From contig CM060732.1 in NCBI GenBank assembly GCA_030704615.1, positions 69,998,001-70,062,000 of the forward strand: a DNA stretch of 64,000 nucleotides. The letters are read 5' to 3'. A model generated the notes under the pieces. It ran no database searches. It was not told the DNA's origin and saw nothing but the letters and a program-made list of their open reading frames with translations. Positions within the stretch are counted from its first letter, which is position 1; every line of letters starts with the position of its first letter. The stretch is from Takakia lepidozioides. Its lineage: Eukaryota; Plantae; Bryophyta. The position numbers and the translations under genes were made by a program. This document shows positions 12,316-26,799 of the stretch, one piece after another.

Positions 12316-13859
12316 GAAGGCTGCATGCACAGTGTGGCCTACCTACACAGCTGTGATTCAGCTGATAAACCCTGTCTCATGGTCTCTGTACAGGCGAACC
12401 TGAATTGCATCTGACAGTTTCATTAGTAGTTTCAAAAGGAAACAAGAGCATTGACGTCGTAGGTTATGGGTGAGCATTCTGTGAGCTCGATGTAGTGGGT
12501 TCTGCCATTCTGGGCCATTGCCACGGCAAGGGCTCTGCAAAAATATACCTTGGACTCAGCTTTGAACTGTTTGGCTATATGAGAAGCACCCAAGAGGTTT
12601 TTGAGAGCATTGCTGCTTCTTACACACGAAAGGGTGTGCTTTGGCTGGATATTAGCCTTAAGTTAGACTCATTCCTAGTCAATATATGAAGGAAGCGAGT
12701 TTGTTTGTTTGTTTGTTTGTTTGTTTGTTAGCGTCATTGAGATCTCCCAAACCACGGGGCCCCAGCCCTGGTGCTTGGTGCTGTTGGAAAATCCTTGATG
12801 AGGAGGGATGCACCGGCTTAGGCTTGGTGTGGGAGATATAGAATTTCAAGTACTTTTGGTCTCTGGAAATTTGGGAAAAATTAGCAAAGTGGACTTCCTC
12901 GACCATTTATTGATCCTTCATGTGGGAAATTTCGAATTTCAAGTACTTTCAATTCGATGGAGATTCGCTAAAAATAGCAAAGTGGATATACCAATATACA
13001 AAATCTCGCCACGGAAGATAGTAAAAAAAAGGCAAAACTCAAAAAGCAAATAAGTTTTGTTGGAACATTTCATGTTCGTGATGGTTGATACGAAATTCGA
13101 AATATGGCAATCGCAGTGGACCTGATGTTGTTGGCAGGGAGTAGCGAAACGATTCCTAAATAATTCTGTTACATGAACATCGGCAGTAAGCACCTTGCAG
13201 CACATATGATTCTTGAGATTGTTTGCACGGGTTATTTGTGTTTGTGCTTTCAAGTGGCGAACATTTCCGCCATGGTGCGGAAGACGTGCATTAGTCACAT
13301 TAAACGGTTGATGTGATACCATTTCACAAATGTATCACAACGCATTTGTGAAAATGTATCACATGAACCGTTCCATGTGGCCTACGGGAGTCTTCGATGG
13401 GTAGGAGATCAATGTGGCCTACGAGATCTACTTCCGTCAACAAACATGTGATCATTTCAGAAACGCTAGAACTTTAAAGCGACGATGGGCAAGGTTCTTC
13501 ATCCAGATGTTCAACATGCTGAGATCTTCTGTAATGTCTCTTGCTTCGTAATGAGGTGCTTCTCCAATTCTTATTTTTCCAATGTTAATATCTTCCATCT
13601 GGAACATATCCACACATGCGTATATAACTTAAAAAAAACAAATGACCATCAAAACTGGAAGCTGGGGATGAGGCTTATAAAAGTTGAGATGGTCATTTGT
13701 TTTTTTAAGGATTTATGCACACATATGTGGATCTGTTTCAGGTGGAGAATATTAACATATTGGATAAAGTGGACATGGAGAAGCACCGCATTACGAGGCA
13801 GGAGACATTACAAAAAGAGCTTCAAAGGGCATACCATGTAACAGGTCCCAGTATAATCG

Positions 13860-15230
13860 AAGACGAAACCCCATTCATTCAATGGGCGATTGAATGGTTG
13901 CCCATCCAAATGATTTTCGTTTGCTTTCAATATTTGCCACTATGTTCAACATACCATGTATCAGGTCCCGGACTAATATCAGATCAATCGAAATTCATTC
14001 GATGGCTCAACGGATGGTTGGCCATCGAAATGATTTTGGTTAGTTTTGAGACTTGGCCACTATGTTCAATGTGCCAAGTAAGAGGCCCCAGAGTAATATG
14101 AGATCAATCGAAATTCGTTCAATGGGCCAACGGATGGTTGCCCATCCAAATGATTTTCGTTCGCTTTGAAACTTGGCTAGTGTGTTCAATGTACCATCTG
14201 ATACGTCCCAGTGTAATACGAGATCAATCGAAAATCGTTCAATTGTCCAATGAGGCGTTTATTTGTCATCTGGTTTTTGTTCAATGCACCCATTGAACGA
14301 ATGTGGTTGAAGCCCCTCTTTTGCCCGCATGTGCTTGAACATGTGCGGAGACACAACAGACGAATAAATCATTTGCTTCCCCATCGACACACTCCCCCCT
14401 CAAGCCATTCCACAATTAAATTGAATTTAAATTTATTTTAAGCCAATAAATAGGTTTGCACTGCCTTTCAGTGGGGTTTCTGGCACGTATCGATTTTGTT
14501 TTTGGCTCAATTTTGTTCTGCGGCTTCCAGCATCCCACGGCTACTCCCCTGCCAAAATTTGGACCAATAAAAAATGCCCCCAAAAAAAAGTGTTCTCTTC
14601 GCTCACTATTATAAAACTCTCTATGAAGAGTGCATGAAGTATAACACAAATCAACTTTAGAGTGCAAAACAGGAAAGAAACTGTGGTTTTGGGTCCAAAT
14701 GAATTTTGATCGCTCCCAAATTTGGCACGCACGTTGCATATGGCTACATTACACGCCCCATACAAAAACAGAATGAAAAAAAAAAAAAAAAAAAATCGCG
14801 TGAGCATGCGAAACACAGTCCAACAGGTCCAAAGCAATAACAGCTCCAACAGAATACATTCAACGGGTGAACGGATGGTTGCCCATCCAAATCATTTTTG
14901 TTAGCTTTCCAAACTTTGCCAACACGTTCCAGACACCCTCTCACAGGTCCCGGCTAATATCAGATCAATCGACGAAATTCATTCGATGGCTCAACGGATG
15001 GTTCGCCATTGAAATGATTTTGGTTCGCTTTGAGACTTGGCCACTATGTTCAATGTGCCATGTAAGAGGCCCAAAAGTAATATGTGATCAATCGAAATTC
15101 GTTCAATGGGCCAACGGATGGTTGCCATCCAAATGATTTTCGTTCGCTTTGAAACTGGGCCAGTGTGTTCAACTGTAACCTCTTGATACGTCCTAGTGTA
15201 ATATGAGATCATCGAAATTATTTGTGCTTT
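13860..15230. repeat. Two clusters of ~120-bp tandem repeats (13860-14250 and 14860-15230)
   Basis: AGATCAATCGAAA recurs at 13981, 14101 and 14221 and again at ~14962-15215. Probably TE-internal or subterminal. Confidence 0.75.
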
Positions 15231-15788
15231 GAGACTTTGTGGGTATGTTCGTAGAAAGATCATAGATTTTGCGAAATGATTATGAAATACGCAGGGAGGG
15301 ACCAACGAAATTTGTTTGGGGAAGAGGATCGTTCGTACTCGTTATAACTTATTTGTAACATCAATTTTCCTTGGTCTCTCTAGCTTTCGGGAGTTCATTG
15401 CAAATACCCATATACACGTCATGACCAAATATGACACCATTGTAAATTTGTTTACAGGGTGAACTACTTCTTCCCATCACACGAGTGTAAATGTGAAGAA
15501 AAAAACAATTGAAATTGGCAGGTGCCGCACAGTGCATTGTGTATTAACAAAATTGGTGATATACAAACTTGGCGGGAGATGCCATCACTGTGTTTTTCCA
15601 ACAATATTCAAGGTACAGCAAAATGCATATTGTATATGTACTACGCTGCCAGTCATTAAAAAGCCTAGTCGTCACTGTCCGAGGATGGGGAATTTGATTG
15701 TTGTGGCCTGATTTGCACTGCAATTGCCAGAGCTTTGCGACTGTGTGATCTCGTGGTCAATGAAGGGCCCAATGACATGTGATCAATT

Positions 15789-18006
15789 CTAAACTGCATT
15801 CCGCCTACTTCGCGGCGAAAGTTGACTTTCTAATTCACTCTCACGACGTGGCGGAGGTGGATCGAGAAATAAGTGACTCGGGCTGCATGCAAATCGGCAA
15901 CGAGGCCGTCCACAATCCGACAATACAGACCCCGAAAAACACGATGATAACGGTCTGTCCATAATCGCCTCCATTTCTCTACAACTGCCTTGATGGTACT
16001 TTTGAAACTTTCCAACTGCCTTCTCCGCGGGCCCTGTCCCTAAATCATTGTGTCGTTTCGACGATAAGCCGCCTCGTAACGAATCATTCAATCGACGTTG
16101 ACATATTATAGCATAGTTCCCAGTTCGGACAGCAAAAAAGTCTCCCAATCGTTTGTAGTCATACATTCGGCCATCCATGGAACCTATGGGGAGCCGTGAT
16201 AAACCTGGACCTTTTTTTACTCCATGCCCTCCCAGATTGCGGCAAAACTATCTCTCTCCCACCAATATCGAAATGAATTCCGACGTATGGTTATTTCCCA
16301 ATCAATTTGTGACCCAGAAATACTGGGGATCTCTGATGTATGCCAGGTTTCCGGCATGTATGCCATGCACTCTTCTGCGCATCCATACCAAGTTTTGCCC
16401 AATGCACACAATCATAAATGTGTATGGTAGCACATCCAATGGGAGGTTGTGTCGATTGGTATTCAAAACCTATGTGTCTGCATTGATCCTCCAAGCCCAC
16501 CAGCTCATAGAAACGACGTTGGATTGGTGTACGGCATTCTAGGCAAGCGCTCGTCCGAAAGGCTTGCGGGATAAGACATGTGAGATGGAACATATGTCCA
16601 CATGATTCAAACACAATGACTCCCTCTGTGGCCGTATGGATTCCTACACATCGAACAAACTGTGCCATCTGATATCCATGACGGCAAAAACCTCTGTGGC
16701 CGTATGGTATTCCTACACATCGAACAAACGTGCCATCTGATATCCATGACGGCAAAAACTTCCTCCATCTCCAATTCCCAGTTTATGTTTCTGTTCGACC
16801 CCGAAATTTTGTGCTCACATCGATCGAACATAGAATCCACATTTGCCCAATTGGTATACCCGGCGAACACGCTTGATGCGATGTAGAGATCGTTATACCT
16901 TTGCATGTTGGCATAAATGCTATCCATGCTACGGTTCGACATGCGTGCGATACATTGCAAGCCTAACAGTGCCCGCTCTACCCGTGCTTCTCTGGAGGCC
17001 AAATGGGTCGCCCATTGTACCCAATTCTCCCAATCGCCATTCAATGGGACCTATGCCTGAATCTTCAGCGTTTTGGACAAGTGTCATGCAGTTGCCATGA
17101 CAATGTTTCGCTCATTTGTAACGCGGTCGACATCTAATATCGGGTTCATGTCCGATTGAATGGCGACCCTCAAGCATTCCCCGGTTTCCAGTACTGGTTT
17201 TTTTTCCTTTCCTCCTTCTCTCATCCGCAATTCGCTGTTCATCAACCATGGTTTCATCGGCCACAGAGTCAAGGACGTCCGTAACTTCCTAAATGATGAG
17301 GTCAATACTGCGATCGGGCATTGCAAACTCCGCGTCCATGTCCACGACGTTTGTACGATCCTCATTGTGGACAACAGTGCCTTCATTGTTTGGAGGCATG
17401 TCTTGCAATCTAGCTTCCAACTCGGCTATGCGCAGTGTTTGCCAGTCTAGTCGGTCCTACAGGGTCCTGATTCACTGGTCTCTTTCCACTAGTTGTTCTT
17501 CTAACGTTGTAGCCGGTTGTATTCCGAACGTGTCCGGGATGTACTCCAAATCGTATAGCAACCTTGCGTTCCTCTTACTAGCAGTTTGTCAATTCACTGT
17601 ACGCAAGAGTATGACCTCCACGTACAACATGGCTGCCAAGGTGTACGAGATTTGACCCTTTAAGAGAGGTTGACCCCACAATGTACAATGCACCTCATTC
17701 GCCCTATGCTGGAAATGCAAGTTCGTGCACGACCTGGACTCTGCGTAATTGTTTCGGGTTTGCACGTCATGCCTATCCAAATACAATCGATTGATGTGGT
17801 ACCATTTTCACGAATTTTTTGCATCTCGCCATCGGCCACCGGAACTCTTCCGGAACATCCTCCCAGTCCTCTTCTATTAGTATGCTAGGGTCACCAAATA
17901 CTTCCCTATTCAAGTCTTGCCTTGACCCTTTGATTTTCTTAGGGGGCGGTCTATATTCATTGGGGTCATCTCTTCCATGACGGTCATCGTCCTGGCCCTC
18001 TACCAT
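15789..18006 (-). pseudogene. Degraded long ORF with a RING finger, probably TE cargo
   Basis: Fragmented ORFs with many stops. RING residues CSMC...CGHMFHLTC...CLEC at ~16535-16665, with an internal ~67-bp tandem duplication near 16625-16760. Confidence 0.6.
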
Positions 18007-18289
18007 TCTACAACAATCGGAGTAACACTAAACGAGGTTTTCTAAAAAGACGTAACTCTAAACCTTTCCCCCGTTAAATATGTTTGAGTAGGTGTCAAAA
18101 TAGTTCATAAAAGCTAATTTTGTAGAATAAAATGATCCTGGAAGCCAAAGGAGGGCCTATGGGAGCATTCTGCAACGACCTCACAGAAATCGCGGCAAAA
18201 ATAACCCCCCACCCAACCAATGGCCTCCTTTTCCACGTGACTACGTGTCGTGGAATAATAAAATGACACGCACACAAAAGTTGTGTGGA

Positions 18290-19880
18290 GAGGAAGTGAG
18301 GGGAGAATAAGCCTCTCTTGTCTTATATCTCCCCCCGCCCTCATTTCTCGGGCCACGTGCAGGGCGAATCTTCTAGAAGCGACCGCCAACTTGGCGGTCG
18401 CTCAATTTTCCAGAAAATAAAAAAATAAGCGACCGCGAGAACTGGTGGTCGCTCCATTTTCAAAAAAAAAAAAAACGACTGCCAGAACAGGCGGTTGCTC
18501 CATTTTCCGGAAATAAATAAAAAAAACGACTGCCAACATAGGCGGTCGCTTAATTTTAAAAAAAACTTAAAAAAAAAAACGACCGCCTATGTTGGCGGTC
18601 GCTTCATTTTCAAAATTAAAAAAAAAAAAAACGACCGCCAGCATAGGCAGTCGCTTCATTTTCAAAACATTTAAAATAAATAAGCGACCGCCAACATAGG
18701 CGGTCGCTTCATTTTTAAAAACTTTAAAATAAATGAGCGACCGCCAACATAGGCGGTCGCTTCATTTTAAAAAACTTTAAAACAAAAAAAGCGACCGCCA
18801 ACATAGGCGGTCGCTTCATTTAAAAAAACTTTAAAAAAAATAAGCGACGACCAGCATAGGCGGTCGCTTCATTTTCAAAACATTTAAAATAAATAAGCGA
18901 CCGCCAACATAGGCGGTCGCTTCATTTTAAAAAACTTTAAAAAAAATAAGCGACTGCCAACATAGGCGGTCGCTTCATTTAAAAAACATTTAAAATAAAT
19001 AAGCGACCGCCAACATAGGCGGTCGCTTCATTTTCAAAAAAAAAAAAACGACCACCAACATAGGCGGTCACTTCATTTTCAAAAACTTTAAAAAAAATAA
19101 GCGACCGCCAACATAGGCGGTCGCTTCATTTCCAAAATAATTAAAATAAAAGCGACTGCCAGTAATGGCGGTTGTCCCATTTCCAAAAATAGAAAAATAA
19201 GCGACCGCCAGTAATGGCGGTCGCTGCATCTTAAAAAATAACCATTACAGCGACCGCCATTTTTGGCGGTCGTTGCATTTTGCAAAAACAAAAACTGCCA
19301 GTAATGGAAGTGAAGGGAGAATGACTGGGGGCTTATATGCCCCCCCCCCCCCCCCCCCGCCTCATTCCTCGCTCCACGCGCAGGGCAGACCTCGTAGAAG
19401 CGACCGCCACCATGGCGGTCGCTCCATTTAAAAACAAAAAAAAACGACCGCCACAAATGGCGGTCGCTCCATTTCGCCAAAAAAAGAAAAAAAACGACCG
19501 CCAGTAATGGCGGTTGCTGCATTTATAAAAACAAAAAAAAACTTCAAGCGAAGTGAGGGGAGAATGTCCCAGAGCTTATATGCTCCCCTCCCCCCCGCCT
19601 CACTCCTCGCTCCATGCGCTGGGCACACTTCGTAGAAGCGACCGCCACCTTGGCGGTCGCTCCATTTCCAACCAAATTTCAATAAAAGCGACTGCCCCTA
19701 ATGGCGGTCGCTCCATATTTTGATTAAAAAAAACAAAAAAACGACCGCCTGTAACGGCGGTCGCTTCATTTCCAAAATAATGACTGGGAGCTTATATGCG
19801 TCCCCCCCCCTCATTCCTCGCTCCACGCGGATGACAGACCTCGTAGAAGCGACCGCCACCTTGGCGGTCGCTCCATTTAA
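18290..19880. repeat. Array of GCGACCGCC-N6-GGCGGTCGC palindromes separated by A/T tracts, ~53-bp period, plus 4 copies of a ~100-bp block
   Basis: Palindromes start at 18684, 18737, 18791, 18844, 18897, 18950 and 19003. The block containing CTTATAT/poly-C occurs near 18295, 19310, 19550 and 19780. Confidence 0.92.
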
Positions 19881-20184
19881 ATAAAAATGAATGCACAGTT
19901 GGAAGCATGGCACAATTGTTCTCCATTCCACAAGCAAATCACCGAACACAAATATGAGCAAGTGACGGTGCATTTGGCCGACATTTTGGCTAGTATACAC
20001 ATGAGCAACATCTTTTATTTTCCAACACATACACAACAGCAATACAAATACTCATAGTGACAATGATCACATTGGTATTACTTCAGTATAGAAATATAAA
20101 CATGTCCACTAAAAAGTGTTGATGCATGCCTACAACTGTTTTGCTTCAATTCCTTGTACTGCTTCGACGGCAGGACGTAGAAGA

Positions 20185-21126
20185 TCATAATCCTAATGCT
20201 CCGATGGGTTGAAAATCCGGGTCAACCTCGACTTCACCACCGTTGCCATGATCAGTGCTGGAATCGTCATCCCTATCCGACCTCATGTGTCCAGGCCTTT
20301 GAATCTGCAAGCGACCTCGAACCACATTTAGTTCTATCTGAGGTCGACTCCCGCTCCGGTCTTGAATACCATCCACGGTATCCTGGCCTGTTTGTGGGCC
20401 GATCGCCTACAAAAGGTTGGATTGTTCTCTGTCGTTTATGGACTTGGGACGCAATCGAAGGTGATCTTGAAGGAGGTACCGGAAGGGGGACTGCCCGAGA
20501 TGGACCGGCATTAGATGGTCCGGCATGTGAGGAACCACGGGTCTGCTGTGCAACACCTCGGTTAAGGTGGAATTGTAGTGGCAAGTTGTCATTATCCGAG
20601 GCTTCAACTTCCGCCCGGTCCAATGCAGCAGAATGATGCATGCGTGTGGAAAACAGATCAACCATGTTGCTCCTTAATGCCCGTTGTGTTAATGGGGAGC
20701 TGGATCGGTTTTGGCATTGTGGTGGAGGTGGTCGTATCGGTGAGCATGATCCCGTCCCGTCGACTGTACAATGGGTTCGATACCATCGTTTGTATGAACA
20801 GGGTTGTGTACGTCGATCGGTCCTGGCAGTACATTATCCCTAAGCTTCATTGGGGCACCACCGGTGGCTTCAGCGTGTAGTGGGGGGTGAGGGTCGACCC
20901 CAACTTCATTTTGAGGACCATGTTCTGGGGATGACACAATTGCAGCTTCACCTTCATCTGCGATACGCACTTCTTCAAGAAGGTCATCAAAGGTCGGATG
21001 AATATAAACATCCTCCTCTATTAATGTAAACGGGTCATACGTATTTTTGGGAGCATCATCGGATCCAGCCTCCGTAGCTGTGCAGGGAGTTCTTGGAGAA
21101 TTACAACACCAGCACTCGGAGCACAA
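20185..21126 (-). pseudogene. Low-complexity ORF remnants of unknown function (likely TE-associated)
   Basis: Three successive minus-strand ORFs in different frames; no recognisable domain. Confidence 0.3.
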
Positions 21127-21429
21127 ATGTCCACGACACCCACATTCTGCTGACGGAGAAGTATTTGGCGGAAGTGTTTCACCTTCCTAGTCTGGACGTA
21201 CAGGCGCACAGCGACAAACCTCCAAGGTTTGTACTTGCAGATTTGTTTGAGAATCTCAACCAAGCAGATCAGGGCTACACATGCAGTCACATCAAAAGCC
21301 CCGGCTTTAGGAAGATAGCCCCGGTACTTAGCACGTTGCTTTGCCTCAGGCAAAACCACAGCTAGTGTACCAAGGAGCTAATCGATCAAGTATTGGTTTG
21401 CCTCAATGGGCAAATCGTGAATTGGGCAA

Positions 21430-24400
21430 GATATTATGCGTTGAAATGGTTCTGTTGGTAGTATTGGGTGCATAGTACCCTTCCCAGTTCATTCTACTGG
21501 TCCCATCCTCTGGCAAACATCACACTGTTGACAGTGTTCATATGTGTCTCCAAATACAGTAGGCCACCAGTAACCTGCTAATAATATCTTCTTTACTGTC
21601 AGGTCAAAACTGAAGTGTCCTCCTGCAATTCCTTCGTGTAGCTCTTGCATCACTGTTTTGGCTTGTTATTTGTTCACACATCTTCTCATTATGGAGTCAA
21701 CCTCTTTTGTACATAATTCCCTTGATTACTGTGTATGGCTTTCTTTTCATTGAAAGCTTTCTCCTGTCATCTTTGGTGTAGTCTTCAGGAAATTTCCCTG
21801 TGTTCAGATAGTATTTGATTGGCCATTGCCAATCGTCTGGATCTTGATCTTGATTCTGAATGTCTTCTGATTCTTTTTTGGTAATTGTATAAGCTCCAAT
21901 ACTGATATTGGCCAATTCTTGATTATTTGGCTCTTCGTTTTCCTGTCATCTTCTTCTTCTGGATCTGGCTATTCCTCAATAATAGGTCCTTCATCAAGAG
22001 GTTCATCTTCATCTGATGAGTCTTCTTCTTCATCAGTGTCATCCATGAACTTACGAGAATTTGGGAGGTCATAGTCTCCTTGAAACACTCCCAAAGCGCC
22101 TAGAGGATCTGTCTCTTCATCTTGTGCTTCTGGTTGAACAGCAAACAGAAATGCGTCGGGAAGTTGATCCTCTACTCCTGTGGCTGGTTCTCCTGTAGTA
22201 ATTCTTGATAGATGATCTGTTGTAACATGTAATCTTCCTGGTTTATGAACAACTTCAAAATCATACTCATGAAGTAATAACCATCGAGCAACCCTGCCAC
22301 TAGCTAGTGGTCGATTTGCTAAATGAACTAGAGCCTGATGATCAACAATAAACTTAAAGCGATTGCCCAGTAAATAATGCCGAAACTTTTGAGCATCATA
22401 AATCATTGCCAATGCTTCCCTTTCTATAGTTCTTCTCAGTTGCTGTCAGCAATCTTGCATAATAGATTGGTGAATCTATTGTGCCTGTCACATTCTGGGC
22501 CAGAATTGCCCCCAAAACAATGACTGATGCATCATTGTGTACATGAAATGGTAGATCCCATATTGGATTTATTAGAATTGGTGCTGTTGTGAGTGCCCTT
22601 TTTAGTGAATCAAATGATTCCTGGCAAGCTGGAGACCATCGGTATTCGGCATCTTTCTTCAGCAGTCTATAGATTGGTACCGCTCTGTGAGCATATTTGG
22701 CCATGTACCGTCTGTAATAGCTTGTCTGTCCCAAAAATCTCTTGAGTTTCTTGGGATTTTCTGGTGGTGGTATTTTCTGGAACATAAACCTCCAGATAAG
22801 GAGATTGAAGAAGAATGAAAACAATATCCAGAAAGTTCAGCATGGCAGGAAGAAAATAGCTTACACCAGGAGGTAAGCAAAGCCATAGCTCAAATGCAAG
22901 AAGGAACCCATATACCTTCTGGAGAGCCAACTCCAGATGATCAAATCAGACCAACGACGAAGACCACGAACGCAACCACGAAAACAGAATTGGCTGAAGT
23001 AATCTGCCAGACCAAGACCCAAATTACCATTGGACAATTATTAAAAATTGCTCCACACTGCAAGAAAACTTTATTTCGGGCAATTGAGGCATTGACCCCC
23101 ACACCAAAACAAAAACCAACACCAGAAGTTTACACGATTAAACCCACAACTATACAACAAACTCCAGACTACGACGAAGCAATACCAGTAATAGAAGTAC
23201 GTATTGGACGAAAACTGGTAACGGATGTACTCATCGATGGAGGATCCGGAGTGAATATCATGACAGAGAGGATGAAGAAGTCACTAGGATTGGGGCACAT
23301 GGAACCTGTTCCATTCATGGTACGAATGGCCGATCAACGAAAAGTGCAGCCATTGGGTATCATCAGACAACTTGCAATGGAAGTAGTAGGACTGGTATAC
23401 GAAGTATCAGTAACCATTCTCAGAATGGAGGATGTGGCAGAAGGATATTTGCTACTACTTGGCCGACCATGGTTAACACAAGCCCAATCACACCACGATT
23501 GTGGAAGTCAGACTCTCACGAGCAAAAATGGATCAGAACAAGTCACTATCACTATGAAGCAACGAGGTACCATTCCACGAGATAAACGACCTTGCATAGT
23601 GGAAGAGTATGATTGGTCCAGTGGACTGTCGGATGAAGAAGAAGCCATAGTATATGCAGCACATCCACAGTTGGAAGCTATTGGGCAATTAGTGGTCAAA
23701 CATACCACAACAGTAGAATACCCCAAGGAGAACCGAATACTCCGAGAACGGAAGATCCTGAGGAAGAAGCTATGGACACACCTCAACACCCTGCCCGTTT
23801 TTATCAAGAAAGAGAAGAGGACATTAAAATCAGTGGAGTACCTGCCACCATTGCAACCATTGGACAGGAGATTGCAGGATGGACAGTAATGGAAGAAACT
23901 CAATTGATTCAAGTGAATCTGGGAACAGTGGAAGAACCACAGATAATACGAGTAAGTGCAGTCTCGAAGAATCATTTCTACAAGAAGCCACTGCATTATT
24001 CACTGAATACAAGGATGTATTTGCCTGGAACTACAAAGATTTGAAGGGTATACCTTCCAACATCTGTCAGCACCGAATGGAAGTTGACACAAAACCAATT
24101 CGTCAGAACCGTTACAGAATGAACCCCAACTATGCAGCTAAAGTTTGGGAAGAAATCAAGAAATTACTGGATGCAGGATTCATATACCCAGTAGAGACAC
24201 CACGATGGTTATCACCCATTGTGTTAGTACCCAAGAAGAATGGAAAATTATGAGTATGTGTGGACCACCGCAAATTAAACGCAGGAACCAAGAAAGACCC
24301 CTTTCCACTACCTTTCACAGAAATAGTGTTGGACACAGTGGCAGGACATGAGATGTACTCATTCATGGATGGGTTTAGTGGGTACAACCAGGTGCAGATG

Positions 24401-25980
24401 GCAGAAGAAGACCGAGAAAAGACCGCATTCATCACTGAATGGGGAGCCTATGCTTACAAAGTCATGCCATTTGGACTTTGCAACGCACCAGCCACGTTTC
24501 AGCGAGCAGTATCTGAGATATTCAAGAATTATCTCAACGATTTTATGCAGGTATTTTTGGATGATTTCAGTGTCTTCGAACAGAAATCCAAACACTTGGC
24601 ATAGTTAAAACTTTGCCTACACGCCTGCAGAAACAATGGAGTAAGTCTCAATCCGGAAAAATGTACATTTTGTGTGAATTCAGGATTACTGTTGGGACAC
24701 ATTGTGTGCCAACAGGGAATTCTGGTGGATCCAAAGAAAGTGGAATCAGAAGATAGTAGAGGCTATCAAGAATTTTAAAGATGAAGGGCCACGAAAGGCA
24801 ACATGGTGTCACAAATGCGGGACTGCATGACACTTGGCAACAGAATGCCACATGAAAGACAAATACTGTGATATTTGTCATATGAACAATCATAATACCA
24901 GCCATTATATTTACAATCAACAGTGGTTTTGTCAATCACTTCTTTCTTCTTTTGCTTGGGTTTTTCTTCATCATCAGAGTCTTCTTCTTCCAAGGGATCC
25001 TTGGAATCTTTACTTCTGCTCTGATGAAATCCCAATTCCAATTTCTTTGCAGTTCCTACTGCTTCAGCCAAAGTGTTGTTAGGCATGACTGTAACCATGG
25101 TTACATATTCAGGACGAAGTCCATTGATGAACCATGATTTCTGCAAGTCGTCACTTGGTGCTTGAGGTAGCTTCCTGATCAGAGTCTTCATTCTCTCCAG
25201 GTAGTCAACTACCAATGCTTTCTTTTTCTGTCTCAAGTTTTGTAATCCTGTGAAGATTTCAGACGTGGATTTGTTGGATCTATATCGTTCTTGGAATGCG
25301 GCTCTCATATCCGCCCAATTTTGAAAGTGATTGGCTGGAAAGGTTGCCAACCATTCAATGCCTTTTCTGGCCATTGAACAAGGAAATAATCGGATCTTTT
25401 CTTGATCTGTTGCTTCATTGTAAATGGTGCACATGTTCTCAAATTGATTAAGATGGATATCCGGGTCAAATTTCCCATCATATAAAGGAAACGGCGGTCT
25501 GGTTTTGCTTGTTGCACCCCAAAACACCATGGCGCATGTTGAGTGGGGGGTGAAGTGACAAGCCACAGTTCATGGAAAACAAGAGTGAAGTCACCATAAT
25601 AATAACACAGCGTAGATAGTGACAAATGGTTCACCTGTGGAGCAGAGAGGCAGTGGTGGGGCTCGATAATACTTCTCCTTGTGTTGTGAGTTGAGTCTGT
25701 TTGACGAGGTGGTTGAGCGCTGATCTTGAGCTCGTGGGTGTAAAACATCACTGAATCGGACATGACGCAGCTTGAAAGGACCGCAATCATGAGGCAATAG
25801 GTGTAGAGAGGGTAACACACTTCGGGGAAGATGAAGCATTGCGCAACAGTGCAGCGAGTAGAGAGTCGGGCCATGGCGGCGATCCTAGCTAAACTTAGAT
25901 AAGGCTAAAACAACGAAAGCACTGAAAATTAGAGGTAATAACTTGTGACAAAGAGGAAAAATAGGTGGAACCCTAAATGA
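21430..25980. mobile_element. Rearranged Ty3/Gypsy remnants: RNaseH/integrase-Zn (21430-22785, -), protease+RT (22790-24747, +), zinc knuckles (24748-24920, +), gag (24925-25530, -)
   Basis: Motifs FIVDHQAL, LIDGGSGVNIM, FMDGFSGYNQ...VFLDDF, CHKCG..H...C/CDICHMNNH and gag YDGKFDPDIHL...WFINGL. Multiple stops and frameshifts. Confidence 0.9.
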
Positions 25981-26039
25981 TTAGTCATAACTAAAGATAG
26001 CGAAAACTAGGCGGGAGGGGCGGAGCTCCACCCTCCCTC

Positions 26040-26790
26040 AACGACGATTTAGCGATGAAGAAAAAAAAAAAGATCCGTGGATGGAGAGGTGGGTGGGGAG
26101 GCATTGATGGGTAAGCCTTGGACGAGTAAGATGTCAGGGAAGAGCCGGGAGGGGCAGGTACATGGTAGGAGCCAGTGGGGGACAATATGATCGGGAGGTG
26201 TACCTTGGTAGGTGCCAGCATTGATGAGCGAGAACCATCTAGTTTCATAGTGTTTCATGAGCAGTTTGTGAATGTGCCAAACTGCGTGGTTATGGCGAGC
26301 CATACGTAGACCATGCATAATAGGGTGAGTACATTGACTGAGAAGGTGAGGCCAGGTGTCGCTTACTTGATGTGTATGGGTGCATAATGGGCAGTTGGGC
26401 GATGGGAATAGACGAGGCCAGAAATTGTGTTTGCGTTGGTGGCCCATGTATTGAGCATAGCGGAATTTGAGTGTTTGTCAAATCTGTGCGTCAGAGGCGG
26501 CCTTGGTGTGCCAGAAGTAGTTAGAAAGTTTATGGTGAAGCACGATGGATTGGGTCCATTTTTGGATATGGACCTTGGTGTGACTGATGGATGTTGAGGC
26601 TTGTTTGTTAGTTTCTTGGGTGATCGTGGTTTTCAGGTTACGTATGGGTTTGGTTATTGGGGGTTCTGGAACAGGATATATAAGCCAAAATGGGTGAGTA
26701 TGGGCAATGTGAATAGGGTCGTCTGTGGGGTCCAGTGGGGGTTTGGCCGCCCCAGACTGGGCAAGTAGGTTAGCCCTATCGTTGCCGCTG
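26040..26790 (-). mobile_element. 3' fragment of a non-LTR retrotransposon with a restriction-like endonuclease (Dualen/RandI-like)
   Basis: The RNase H tail GISGNDRANLLAQSGA (~26745-26795) is followed by CPLC-x9-H-x4-C, then RHN, then the PD motif (LFPDILL). This is the C-terminal signature of RLE-type LINEs. Confidence 0.7.
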
Positions 26791-26799
26791 ATACCGTCA

